The notes beneath the pieces were generated by a model. That model saw only the letters and a program-made list of their open reading frames with translations, was not told the origin of the DNA and did no database searches. From an uncultured Planctomycetaceae bacterium (GTDB lineage: Bacteria > Planctomycetota > Planctomycetia > Planctomycetales > Planctomycetaceae), in the NCBI GenBank assembly GCA_963976765.1, contig CAXBME010000002.1, forward strand, positions 62,001 through 126,000: a stretch of DNA of 64,000 nucleotides, given 5' to 3'. Below, in pieces: positions 18,782 to 27,109 of the stretch. The position numbers and the translations under genes were made by a program. Numbering within the stretch: position 1 is the stretch's first letter; each line of letters begins with the position of its first letter.

Positions 18782-19675
18782 ATGAACGAAATTCTTTACT
18801 ACGACCGATATCGCGAGGAAGTCTGCTCCGAAAAGATCTATGGCGACAGGTCGTTACGTTGGACTTATGGAACGACGGCAGGAAAAATCGCCCTGCACCT
18901 GCTGGTGAAACGCGCCTTGTTTTCCCATTGGTACGGTTGGTCAATGGACCGCCCTGGGACGCGTCGGAAGATTGAACCGTTCATCGAAAAGTTTGAACTC
19001 GATGCCAGCGAATTCGCGCTTCGCCCCGATGAGTTCAAAAACTTCAATGAGTTCTTTTTTCGAAAGCTGAAGCCCGAAGCCAGGCCGATTGATTCAAACC
19101 CCTTGTCCATCTGTTTCCCTGCTGACGGACGGCATCTCTGCATACCCGACCTTTCAAGCGGCGATGGCCTGTTTGTGAAGGGCGCAATGTTTAACCTAAG
19201 AACGCTGATCGGCGACGACGAACTTGCAAGCCGCTATGAAAATGGGAGCCTGCTCCTGTCCCGACTCTGCCCGACGGACTATCACCGATTCCACTTTCCC
19301 ACCAGCGGCACCCCCACGCCGGCAAGACTGCTCAACGGGCACCTCTTTTCGGTCAATCCGATAGCGCTTTGTCAGAATATTCAAATCCTTGCGACCAACA
19401 AGCGGGTGTTGACGAAGCTGGTTACGGAGTCGTGTGGAACAGTGCTGCTCATCGAAGTTGGTGCGACCTGTGTCGGTGGCATTTGTCAGACGTACGAACC
19501 AGACGCTGCCGTCGCCAAGGGAGAAGAGAAGGGATATTTCCGATTTGGAGGCTCATCCACGATCGTGATTTTCGAACCTGGTCAAGTCGTCTTTGACGAC
19601 GACCTGATCAAGCACTCCAGCCAGCACCGTGAACTCTACGCCCGAATGGGCGACTCGATGGGGACCATCCTGTAA
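18782..19675 (+). CDS. psd: Phosphatidylserine decarboxylase proenzyme
   Basis: FNEFFFRKLKPEARPI, PADG, RLCPTDYHRFHFP, VGATCVGGI, GYFRFGGSST autocleavage motif; start placed at MNEILYY. Confidence 0.92.
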   Translation: MNEILYYDRYREEVCSEKIYGDRSLRWTYGTTAGKIALHLLVKRALFSHWYGWSMDRPGTRRKIEPFIEKFELDASEFALRPDEFKNFNEFFFRKLKPEARPIDSNPLSICFPADGRHLCIPDLSSGDGLFVKGAMFNLRTLIGDDELASRYENGSLLLSRLCPTDYHRFHFPTSGTPTPARLLNGHLFSVNPIALCQNIQILATNKRVLTKLVTESCGTVLLIEVGATCVGGICQTYEPDAAVAKGEEKGYFRFGGSSTIVIFEPGQVVFDDDLIKHSSQHRELYARMGDSMGTIL

Positions 19676-19866
19676 CACGTCAGAAGCTCTGAGAAACAAC
19701 CAGACAATCGTGCTCATGCCGGTTAATCCCCGAAAACATGCCCAAACATCTCGCAGACGCCACGAGATACGATCTCTGACCTGCATTTCTTTTCGTGCCG
19801 TTAAAGATCAGGCGCGAACGTCATGCAGCGAGAGCGACTGTGAACCAGACGTCGCGACTCAGGTAC

Positions 19867-19945
19867 AGCAACCCGACGTGCAGGTGAGGAGTCCTGAAAA
19901 CCAATGAGCGATCTCGGACACCCCTCGCCTGCACGTCGGACTACT
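19867..19945. repeat. Intergenic inverted repeat between convergent genes
   Basis: CCGACGTGCAGGTGAGG (19873-19889) and CCTCGCCTGCACGTCGG (19923-19939), one mismatch. Confidence 0.7.
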
Positions 19946-19995
19946 TACCCTGCGACACCCAACTCATAGCCCCTCAAAGCTTTGTCCGGAGAGTT

Positions 19996-21855
19996 TCAAG
20001 CAACCGGCAACGACACCAGCATGGCTGGTGGTTCAATGGCAGGCTGCTGGTCATCTTCCGGAGCGAGAACGGTATCGACCAGGAAGTAGAGAAGCTGACG
20101 CAGCTTTTCGTTGTCGACGTTGTCCGCCAGTGTTTCCGCACGGGCTCGGGATTTTTCGACCAGAGCGTCGGCCTTTTCGAAGACGCCTGTTTCTTCAAAC
20201 AGACGCTTCAGGCGAGGCCCGCGGCGATCGTCTGTCGACTCCATATTGATGATTTCCTGCAACTCCGCACGCTGTTCAGGAGAAGCCGCATCAATGGCCA
20301 GGGCGAGCATCACCGTAGGCCGCAGCGCCTGGGCATCCTGGCCGGAGAGCAGTTTGTTATTGCTGTCGCCACGCCAGTCTTTCAGGTCGTTGAGAACCTG
20401 GAAGCCGACTCCCAGGTGGCGGCAGAACGATGGGACCAGTTCTTCGTACTTGTCCATCGGCCCGGCCATGCGGAGTCCGGAGTACAACGCGGCCTCGAAG
20501 GCCGGCGATGTTTTCAGAGCATAAATCTGCAGCGCATCGAGCGGGGTCAGTTCCAGCGTCGGTCGCTGCTGCCAGGCCATTTCGGCACCCTGACCGTCAC
20601 ACAGTTTGATATGCGCTTGCGACATGCGGTCCGTGACGTCGCAGGCGACTTCTGCACCGAAGTCTTCGCGACAGGCGTTGAGTAACCGATAACCGAGACC
20701 GATCAAATGGTCGCCAACATTAATGGCAGTTCCGAGATCGTATTCGCGATGCAGGGTTTCTCGACCGTAGCGATACATGTCGTCATCTTCGATGTCGTCG
20801 TGGACGAGCGAGGCTTTGTGGAACGCTTCGATCGACATCGCGACCCGGGCAACGCCGTCAGGGACAGGTAAACGGTCCACGTTTTCGAGGTTCGTTTTCT
20901 GCAACTCTCCATCGGTCATCGCGTCGTAGGCGGCCAGCGTGATAAACGGTCGGAATCGTTTACCACCGTTCTGCAGCCAGTCGTAGGCCAGTTTTTCGGT
21001 GAACGCAATCGGTGATTCAATCTTCGCCGGATCCTTCGTTCGGATTCTTGGAAGGAGCCGATCGAAGTCCCGTTCGAAGATGAAATTCGAGGCTCGCATC
21101 GCCGGCAGGAAGCTGGGAGTCTCAGGCTCGTCCATCGGTTCGTACTGGTCGATGACTTCCCAGATCCATGACTGGTCCAGCGTGGTGTTTTTACAATCGC
21201 CCGAGTGCAGCGGGACGGCGTACGACGGCACGCCCGCGATCAGAATTTTGTCGATCGCTTTTTCCAGCACATTCAGGCAGGCAACTCCGAGGATACCGTC
21301 GATGTAGCCGCTGACGATAATTTTCAGAACGATCGGCGAACCTTCGGCGACGAGCACTTTGTACCCAAGCTTCTCGGCTTTGCCTTTGTAGTCAGCGATC
21401 GAGCAGGCACCGCAGGTTTCACAGTCGAGACCGAAGTCGTCGTAGTCGGCGGGGCAACCTTCCGCGTGTTTCAGGCAGTGAGGCAGCAGCAGCATTCGTC
21501 GGTTAAACGGAATCGCCAGGAACTGACGCTTCCAGAAGAAGTTGCCGATCAGCACGGCCACAAAGCCGGTGTACTTTTCGGGCAGTGACATCTGGTTAAG
21601 CAGTTGTCGAGCCCAGTCTTCCAGTTCGGCCTTGTTGAAGTTGCGGCTGCGGTCGAGCGTTCTGGCGAACTCTTCGCAGGCCGCTTTGACCTTTTCTCGC
21701 AACTCCAGCGTGTCGGGCACTTCTTTGAGATGGCTGGTGCTCTTCCGCTTGCGACGGCGTTTCACCGGAGCTTCATCGTCCACGAACGTAATCTCGTCGG
21801 TCTGTGCTTCTTCCGAGGAGTTGGCGGCACGCGTATCGGCTGGTGCGATGGACAC
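19996..21855 (-). CDS. Polyprenyl (trans-isoprenyl diphosphate) synthase fused to an N-terminal Cys-rich DUF116-like domain
   Basis: N-terminal LLLPHCL...C...[10 protein letters not shown]...GVAC...DC; C-terminal [38 protein letters not shown]. Confidence 0.9.
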   Translation of the reverse strand: MSIAPADTRAANSSEEAQTDEITFVDDEAPVKRRRKRKSTSHLKEVPDTLELREKVKAACEEFARTLDRSRNFNKAELEDWARQLLNQMSLPEKYTGFVAVLIGNFFWKRQFLAIPFNRRMLLLPHCLKHAEGCPADYDDFGLDCETCGACSIADYKGKAEKLGYKVLVAEGSPIVLKIIVSGYIDGILGVACLNVLEKAIDKILIAGVPSYAVPLHSGDCKNTTLDQSWIWEVIDQYEPMDEPETPSFLPAMRASNFIFERDFDRLLPRIRTKDPAKIESPIAFTEKLAYDWLQNGGKRFRPFITLAAYDAMTDGELQKTNLENVDRLPVPDGVARVAMSIEAFHKASLVHDDIEDDDMYRYGRETLHREYDLGTAINVGDHLIGLGYRLLNACREDFGAEVACDVTDRMSQAHIKLCDGQGAEMAWQQRPTLELTPLDALQIYALKTSPAFEAALYSGLRMAGPMDKYEELVPSFCRHLGVGFQVLNDLKDWRGDSNNKLLSGQDAQALRPTVMLALAIDAASPEQRAELQEIINMESTDDRRGPRLKRLFEETGVFEKADALVEKSRARAETLADNVDNEKLRQLLYFLVDTVLAPEDDQQPAIEPPAMLVSLPVA

Positions 21856-22006
21856 GTTGTGCTCCTATCGTGAAGTCCGCAGACGAAACCGACTCCATTC
21901 GGCCGCGGGCGGTAATTTGTCTGTTGAGAAAAACTCGCGCGCCATGCGCGAATCATTCCGTACTACGAACGATCTAAAGCCTTAGTTCCTGCGAACATGT
22001 CTGAAT

Positions 22007-22073
22007 CTCACGCGAGGGCAACAAGTTGCAAAGAGCTGAATCAGGATTCTTTACGGCTTGGTGCCTTCGCGTA
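22007..22073. repeat. Imperfect palindromic element, CTCACGCGA...TTCGCGT family, intergenic copy
   Basis: CACGCGAGGGCAACAAG...CTTGGTGCCTTCGCGT arms; left arm resembles the element at 22991. Confidence 0.65.
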
Positions 22074-22186
22074 AAAACGTCCGTCTGACGAAATTCCCGA
22101 CTGGGAATCACGATGCAAACGCCGGGACTTAACCTGGTGATCTGAACTGAACTGGGGAGAGCCGCCGCAGGACTGCGAGGCTCCAA

Positions 22187-24163
22187 TCAGGCAGGACTCT
22201 CTTCCGAAATCTCGACCGCCCGGCGTAACGCCGAGACAGCAAAAATCAGCGGATAGAGCCTTTCAAAATACCATAATCGAGCGAAATAGAAACCGATCGG
22301 TGTCGGCACACAGACAGATCCGTCAACGACCTTATCGATTAACCAGCTAATCCCGTCAAACGCGTTCTTTCGATAAGCCGGGAATTCCAGTAGCACCTCC
22401 GCTGCCAGAGCAGTCTCTTCGACCGATGGAGCAATTCCAGCACCTCCGCCCCAGCCTCCGTTCGAGTTCTGAACACTGGCCAACCATTCGGCAGCACGTT
22501 CAATTTCGGGGAGCCTGCCAGGATTTCCTCGAAAGTAAGCCAGGACTTTTGCTGTGCCGTAGACCGGATTTTCATCATCATTTCCATGCTGATTTCCGAA
22601 CCACAATGGAACCCATGAGCCATCAGGACGTTGCCTGCCCATGAGAAAAGCGAGCCCACGAGCCAACGATGTTTGAATTTTCACATTTAATTGTGAATTT
22701 GACACCCAGCAACTGAATTCGTCGAAACTGTCTGACGGCTCAGAATTACTTAATCTGGCGTTTGCTCCGGAATTCCCGATCGATAATCCTCGATTCCTGG
22801 ATTCTCTGAGGAACTGCCGCGCGTGCCATTCGGAAAGTGCCCTCAGGCAATGTGCAGTGATGTCTGCCGAACTTCGATCAAACGGCAACGTCCCCCAGCC
22901 TCGGCAGAAAGTTGGAAAGCCGCCGTCGCGGTTCTGCAGGCTGAGCAACCACTCAACTCCGTTTTCGAGGGCACCCGGAATTTCCGATTCCTCACGCGAA
23001 TGCGCGAAGCTGCAAAGATCTGACTGAGTTCTTCGTTTCTTCGCGTCTTCGCGTGCCCCCCTTCCCCGTGCCGACCTGCTAAGCGTCTGTAAAGCCAGCA
23101 TTGCTCCGGGTGTGTCGTCGGCGTCGGGGACTCCACCGGGGAGGTCGGTCCAGGCCCAGCCTCCGGGGGCGGCGTTCGTAAAAGGGTGCACCTCTTTGTA
23201 CTGCTGATCGAGCAGCCATTTTGAAAGGCCGGGGCGGAGCTCGTCGGGTACGTGCCCCTGCAGCGCGTTGATCGACAACGTCGTCACCCACGTCGCGAGG
23301 TTCGTGTCGATCGGCCAGCTTCCGTCTGGACGAACGGACTCGCATAGAAAACCGACAGCCCGCTTCACGACGATGTGATCAGCGAGACCTTTCCCCGCAA
23401 GACTCATCGTGACGAAACTCGTCAGCGGAGCCGCTTCCAGGAAGCCTCCATTGGGCGGCTGGATCCGATCCAGAACCTGCAGACTTTTCCTGATCGCTCG
23501 GTTGCGGATGAAACGGACAATCGGATTCCAACTCGGGCAATGATGATGCTTTACCTGCCCGATCGCGATCAAAGCCGGCAGCGCGTAACTGACAACCGGC
23601 AACCGAATCGTGCTGTAAAACTTCGCCGGCAGACACGCCAGTTCGAACGGCAGCGACGTGACTTCTTTCCAGTCAACCAACCCGGCGAGCGCACAATGAG
23701 TCAGGATCGGAACGGAGAACGTTTTGTCTTTCCCGTACCGAGCGACGACCGCCGGCACTCCGCCCTTCTCGTCGATGTATTGCTTTGCTTTTTCCACATG
23801 ATGTGGAAACTCGCCGACCGTACCCGTTGCGTGAAACACGGCGTGAGCGAGCATCGTCGTTGAGATATTGCTGATGCTCTTAACGGTGTCGCCCCAGCCG
23901 CCGTCGTCATTCTGATGGTCGGCCAGCCAGTTCACCCCGCCTTGAATCAGCACGGCGAAGTCAGCGTCCAATGAGTAGTCGGCAGCACTGCGTCCGGCAT
24001 TGCAGACCTGCTGAAGTGCCATGACCGTTGTTGCGGTCGATAAGGCCGACGTCGAAAGCTCACCTTCCCAATGCGGCAGCTCGCCCGGCTTGTTCCGGCA
24101 TTCGGCCAGAAGCAAATCCTTCGCCGTTTCGAAGGTGGATGTGAGTTTCTGCAAATCGATCAT
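22187..24163 (-). CDS. Squalene-hopene-cyclase-like class II terpene cyclase (prenyltransferase/squalene oxidase repeats)
   Basis: [14 protein letters not shown] motifs ([34 protein letters not shown]); PGGWAW; catalytic [16 protein letters not shown]; start placed at MIDLQK. Confidence 0.88.
   Translation of the reverse strand: MIDLQKLTSTFETAKDLLLAECRNKPGELPHWEGELSTSALSTATTVMALQQVCNAGRSAADYSLDADFAVLIQGGVNWLADHQNDDGGWGDTVKSISNISTTMLAHAVFHATGTVGEFPHHVEKAKQYIDEKGGVPAVVARYGKDKTFSVPILTHCALAGLVDWKEVTSLPFELACLPAKFYSTIRLPVVSYALPALIAIGQVKHHHCPSWNPIVRFIRNRAIRKSLQVLDRIQPPNGGFLEAAPLTSFVTMSLAGKGLADHIVVKRAVGFLCESVRPDGSWPIDTNLATWVTTLSINALQGHVPDELRPGLSKWLLDQQYKEVHPFTNAAPGGWAWTDLPGGVPDADDTPGAMLALQTLSRSARGRGAREDAKKRRTQSDLCSFAHSREESEIPGALENGVEWLLSLQNRDGGFPTFCRGWGTLPFDRSSADITAHCLRALSEWHARQFLRESRNRGLSIGNSGANARLSNSEPSDSFDEFSCWVSNSQLNVKIQTSLARGLAFLMGRQRPDGSWVPLWFGNQHGNDDENPVYGTAKVLAYFRGNPGRLPEIERAAEWLASVQNSNGGWGGGAGIAPSVEETALAAEVLLEFPAYRKNAFDGISWLIDKVVDGSVCVPTPIGFYFARLWYFERLYPLIFAVSALRRAVEISEESPA
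22991..23055. repeat. Palindromic element inserted in frame within the cyclase gene
   Basis: CACGCGAATGCGCGAAG...CTTCGCGTCTTCGCGTG hairpin, translated as [22 protein letters not shown]. Confidence 0.7.
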
Positions 24164-24171
24164 TGGATGCC

Positions 24172-24271
24172 GTAGGGTGGGCACTGCCCAACAGAAGAGT
24201 AGGCTGGGTCAAGCCCCAGCTTGAAACCATTGCTGGGACACGTCCCAGCCTGCAATCTCGGCCCACCTTAC
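24172..24271. repeat. Nested GTAG-type REP doublets
   Basis: Outer arms GTAGGGTGGGCACTGCCCA (24172) and GCCCACCTTAC (24261-24271); inner arms GTAGGCTGGGTCAAGCCCCAGC (24199-24220) and GCTGGGACACGTCCCAGCCTGC (24232-24253). Confidence 0.75.
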
Positions 24272-25557
24272 AAAGCTCGAATGATCGCCGCCGCGCTTTG
24301 ACCAATGGCAGTGCGGTTTACGGTGATCGCCGTCAGGTTTTTCAAAGGCTGCGGACCATCGTGCACGACGTTCAGACGGCAGCGAGGATCCGGAATTCGG
24401 TAGTTCAATGTGGCTGGCAGCGTTTCGTTCTGAAGAGCGAGCAGGCTGCCGGCAAGTTCAACCGCGCCGGAACCATCGTCGAAGTGGCCGAAGTAACTCT
24501 TCAGAGCCGTCACCGGAATGCGTCTGGTCGCATCGCCGAGTCCCCAGTAGTAGCCCCGAGCTTCGATCACGTCGTCCCGCTGAGTGCTTTTACCGTGCGC
24601 GTTGATGTGGCCGATCTGGTCGGGTTCGATATTTGCCCGTCGCAGCGCGGCGTGGATCGAACTTGCGATGCCTCGCCCATCGGTACTGTTCGGATGACCG
24701 GACGCGTCGCTGCCAGCTCCAACCCCCAGGACTTCCGCGTAGATTCTGGCTCCACGGGCAACCGCGTGTTCGTACCGCTCAACAATGAATGCCGCAGCTC
24801 CCTCGCCAACAATCGTCCCGTCGCGAGTGACGTCGAACGGTCGGCAGGCGTGCTCCGGGTCGTCGTCGCGCTGCGAGAGGCTTTCGAACAGATTGAACTT
24901 GGTCAGATCGACGGGGTGAATGTTCGAGCTGCAAGCTCCCACAATCATCACGTCGGCAACTCCTCGTTCGATGACCCTTACAGCTTCACCGAGCGCCAGC
25001 AACGCGGAAGCATCCCGACAGGTGATGGTGTTATTCGGCCCCTGGGCATTATGTTCGATGGCGACGTGGCAGGCCGGCATATTGGGGAGTTGCTTGAGCA
25101 ACCACAGCGGGGCAATTCTTCCAAGGCCGTCTTCGCCCCAGCGAGTAAACTCGACAACGTCGTCCATTAAACTTTGACAGGCGGCCTCAATGAGTTCTTC
25201 AGGACGACTCGAAATACGACCGCAGCCAAAGACGACGCCCAGTCGAAGTGGATCAATCTGGTCATGTTCCAGCGAGGCATCTTCCATTGCCATCGCTGCT
25301 GCGGTCACTCCCAGTTGAATGCCGCGTGACATCACCTTGATGAACTTCCGGCAGTAAATGTGATCCTCGGGGGCGAAGTCGCGGATCTCGGCAGCCAGCC
25401 TGGTCGGGTAGCCGGCATTCGGCAGCGATTCCAGAAGTCCGATGCCCGACCTTCCTGACTTCAGGCTGTTCCAGAATGCGGCGTTGCCAATTCCGTTCGG
25501 CGCAACGGTGCCGACTCCGGAAATGACTACTCGATTTTGTTCGGGCACCCAGACCAT
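24268..25557 (-). CDS. FabF-like beta-ketoacyl synthase family protein with atypical active site
   Basis: RVVISGVG, GRSGI, LPNMPACHV, GPNNTITCRDAS, CRPFD, GEGAA, INAHGKST, KSYFGHF; start placed at MVWVPE. Confidence 0.9.
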   Translation of the reverse strand: MVWVPEQNRVVISGVGTVAPNGIGNAAFWNSLKSGRSGIGLLESLPNAGYPTRLAAEIRDFAPEDHIYCRKFIKVMSRGIQLGVTAAAMAMEDASLEHDQIDPLRLGVVFGCGRISSRPEELIEAACQSLMDDVVEFTRWGEDGLGRIAPLWLLKQLPNMPACHVAIEHNAQGPNNTITCRDASALLALGEAVRVIERGVADVMIVGACSSNIHPVDLTKFNLFESLSQRDDDPEHACRPFDVTRDGTIVGEGAAAFIVERYEHAVARGARIYAEVLGVGAGSDASGHPNSTDGRGIASSIHAALRRANIEPDQIGHINAHGKSTQRDDVIEARGYYWGLGDATRRIPVTALKSYFGHFDDGSGAVELAGSLLALQNETLPATLNYRIPDPRCRLNVVHDGPQPLKNLTAITVNRTAIGQSAAAIIRAL

Positions 25558-25952
25558 CTCGCCTTTCAGTCCGCAGGCTCTGAGCTTGAACATCTGGCGA
25601 CGTTCAAGTTTCGCAGACTGCTTGCAGCGTCATTACGAAATGCAGGACTCAGTCGTTCAAAATGTCGACCGGAAATCGGCGTCACATTAGAGGACGACTC
25701 AGTAAATCGCACATTTCACGGCAGTGACTACAAGCCCCAGCAAATGAGATGTAATCAGCAAATCAGGACAGAACCTTGCATTTCGCCAGACACCACCGGA
25801 CCCACTCACGGTCGTTTTGTCGAGCTGATTGCAGAACTGGCTGAGATTACACCCCTGCGTCCCGATGGTGTCAAGAGCCTGACCTTCAAGCTTCGGAACG
25901 GCCCGAGCAGCCGATCGACGCAAAGTTTGCCAAAGTTTGCCGACGCCACCTG

Positions 25953-26006
25953 AGGAATGCCGAAGGGAAGTGCTTCAAAGCTGACGCTTCTCCCTTCGGC
26001 ATTCCT
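25953..26006. repeat. Perfect 16-bp inverted repeat in a divergent intergenic region
   Basis: AGGAATGCCGAAGGGA / TCCCTTCGGCATTCCT. Confidence 0.7.
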
Positions 26007-26476
26007 TGTTCAGTCTTGAACATTCGACTCATTCGATTCCGGGATCTCATCATGCCCTGTTCTGGCTACACCTTCGGGCAGGTGTTCGAAAAGTTGGGCC
26101 GTCGATGGACGTAGATGCCACCATTCTCGAAAACCCGCGTTGATCTGCATCTATCAGCAGCTTGAGCACTTTCAGAATTCGTTTTCAGTGTTCTGCAGGA
26201 GGGCCACAGAGGGTGCAATGGCTATTCCGGGTGCCCGCTCCTGCACAGAAACCATGAAAATGGTCTACATTCGGGAATGGGAAGGGACGAGGATTTCGCA
26301 CGAATGTCGGAGTGATCGGTCGGTCGAGCGTTTCTCAAAATCCGACAATTTCTCACTAAGACGTCGGTTGCTGGCTCGTCAATGAGGCAGCACGACTCAG
26401 CGGCGCAGTTGTTTTTCGCAGAGAGTTGCGGGATCGGCGGTTGCCTGAACGGGGACATGAAAGTCCGGGGACGAAG

Positions 26477-26995
26477 ATGAACAACGGGCAGGTCAGCCAG
26501 TCCGAGTGGGTCCGGGAGGCTCTTCTCAAGTTTGAAGGGCCTCTGGTTCGTTATGCGCAGCGAATCACCGGTGAGCTGGAGCTGGCTCGCGATGTCGTGC
26601 AGGAAACATTCCTCAAGCTCTGCCGGCAGAATCGAGCGGAAGTGGAGGGCCATCTTTCTCAGTGGCTGTTCACCGTCTGCCGAAACAGGGCTCTGGACGT
26701 TCAGCGAAAGGAGCGTCGAATGACGACGACCACTGCTCTTGATCAGCGAACTTCGACTGCCGGAGACGACACACCGGATGCCGCAGCCGAACAGAAGGAC
26801 TCGATGGCCCGGGTGCTTCAGCAGCTCGACCGCCTGCCCGACAACCAGCAGGACGTCATTCGGCTGAAATTTCAAAACGAACTCAGCTACCGAGAGATCT
26901 CCGAAATCACCGGCCTGACGGTTTCCAACGTCGGCTTCCTGCTTCACGTCGGTCTGAAACGCCTGCGTGAACTGATGCAGGTTGAACTGGCATGA
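26477..26995 (+). CDS. ECF-type RNA polymerase sigma-70 factor
   Basis: LVRYAQRITG..LARDVVQETFLKL, WLFTVCRNRALD, LPDNQQDVIRLKF...LSYREIS...VSNVGFLLH; start placed at MNNGQ. Confidence 0.92.
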   Translation: MNNGQVSQSEWVREALLKFEGPLVRYAQRITGELELARDVVQETFLKLCRQNRAEVEGHLSQWLFTVCRNRALDVQRKERRMTTTTALDQRTSTAGDDTPDAAAEQKDSMARVLQQLDRLPDNQQDVIRLKFQNELSYREISEITGLTVSNVGFLLHVGLKRLRELMQVELA

Positions 26996-26997
26996 GC

Positions 26998-27070
26998 GGG
27001 TGACTGAGGTGACAAGGTGAGTGGGTGATCGTTTCAAAGTTTCACCCCATCACCTTGCCACCCCTCACTC
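26998..27070. repeat. Imperfect inverted repeat (GGTGACAAGGTGA / TCACCTTGCCACC)
   Basis: Arms at about 26998-27028 and 27042-27070, between the ECF and vWA genes. Confidence 0.6.
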
Positions 27071-27109
27071 TTACCCCCACACAACCTTCCTCCCACCGGG
27101 AGATTCGAA

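Noticed and set aside
22187..24163. Assigning the gene symbol shc/hpnF
   Set aside because: The sequence is divergent and has no hpn gene context, so squalene as substrate is unproven.
25905..25945. GACGCAAAG / GGCAAAC strings suggesting a c-di-GMP-I riboswitch
   Set aside because: The GGCAAAC-stem-GAAA-stem-GACGCAAA order and pairing are absent on either strand.
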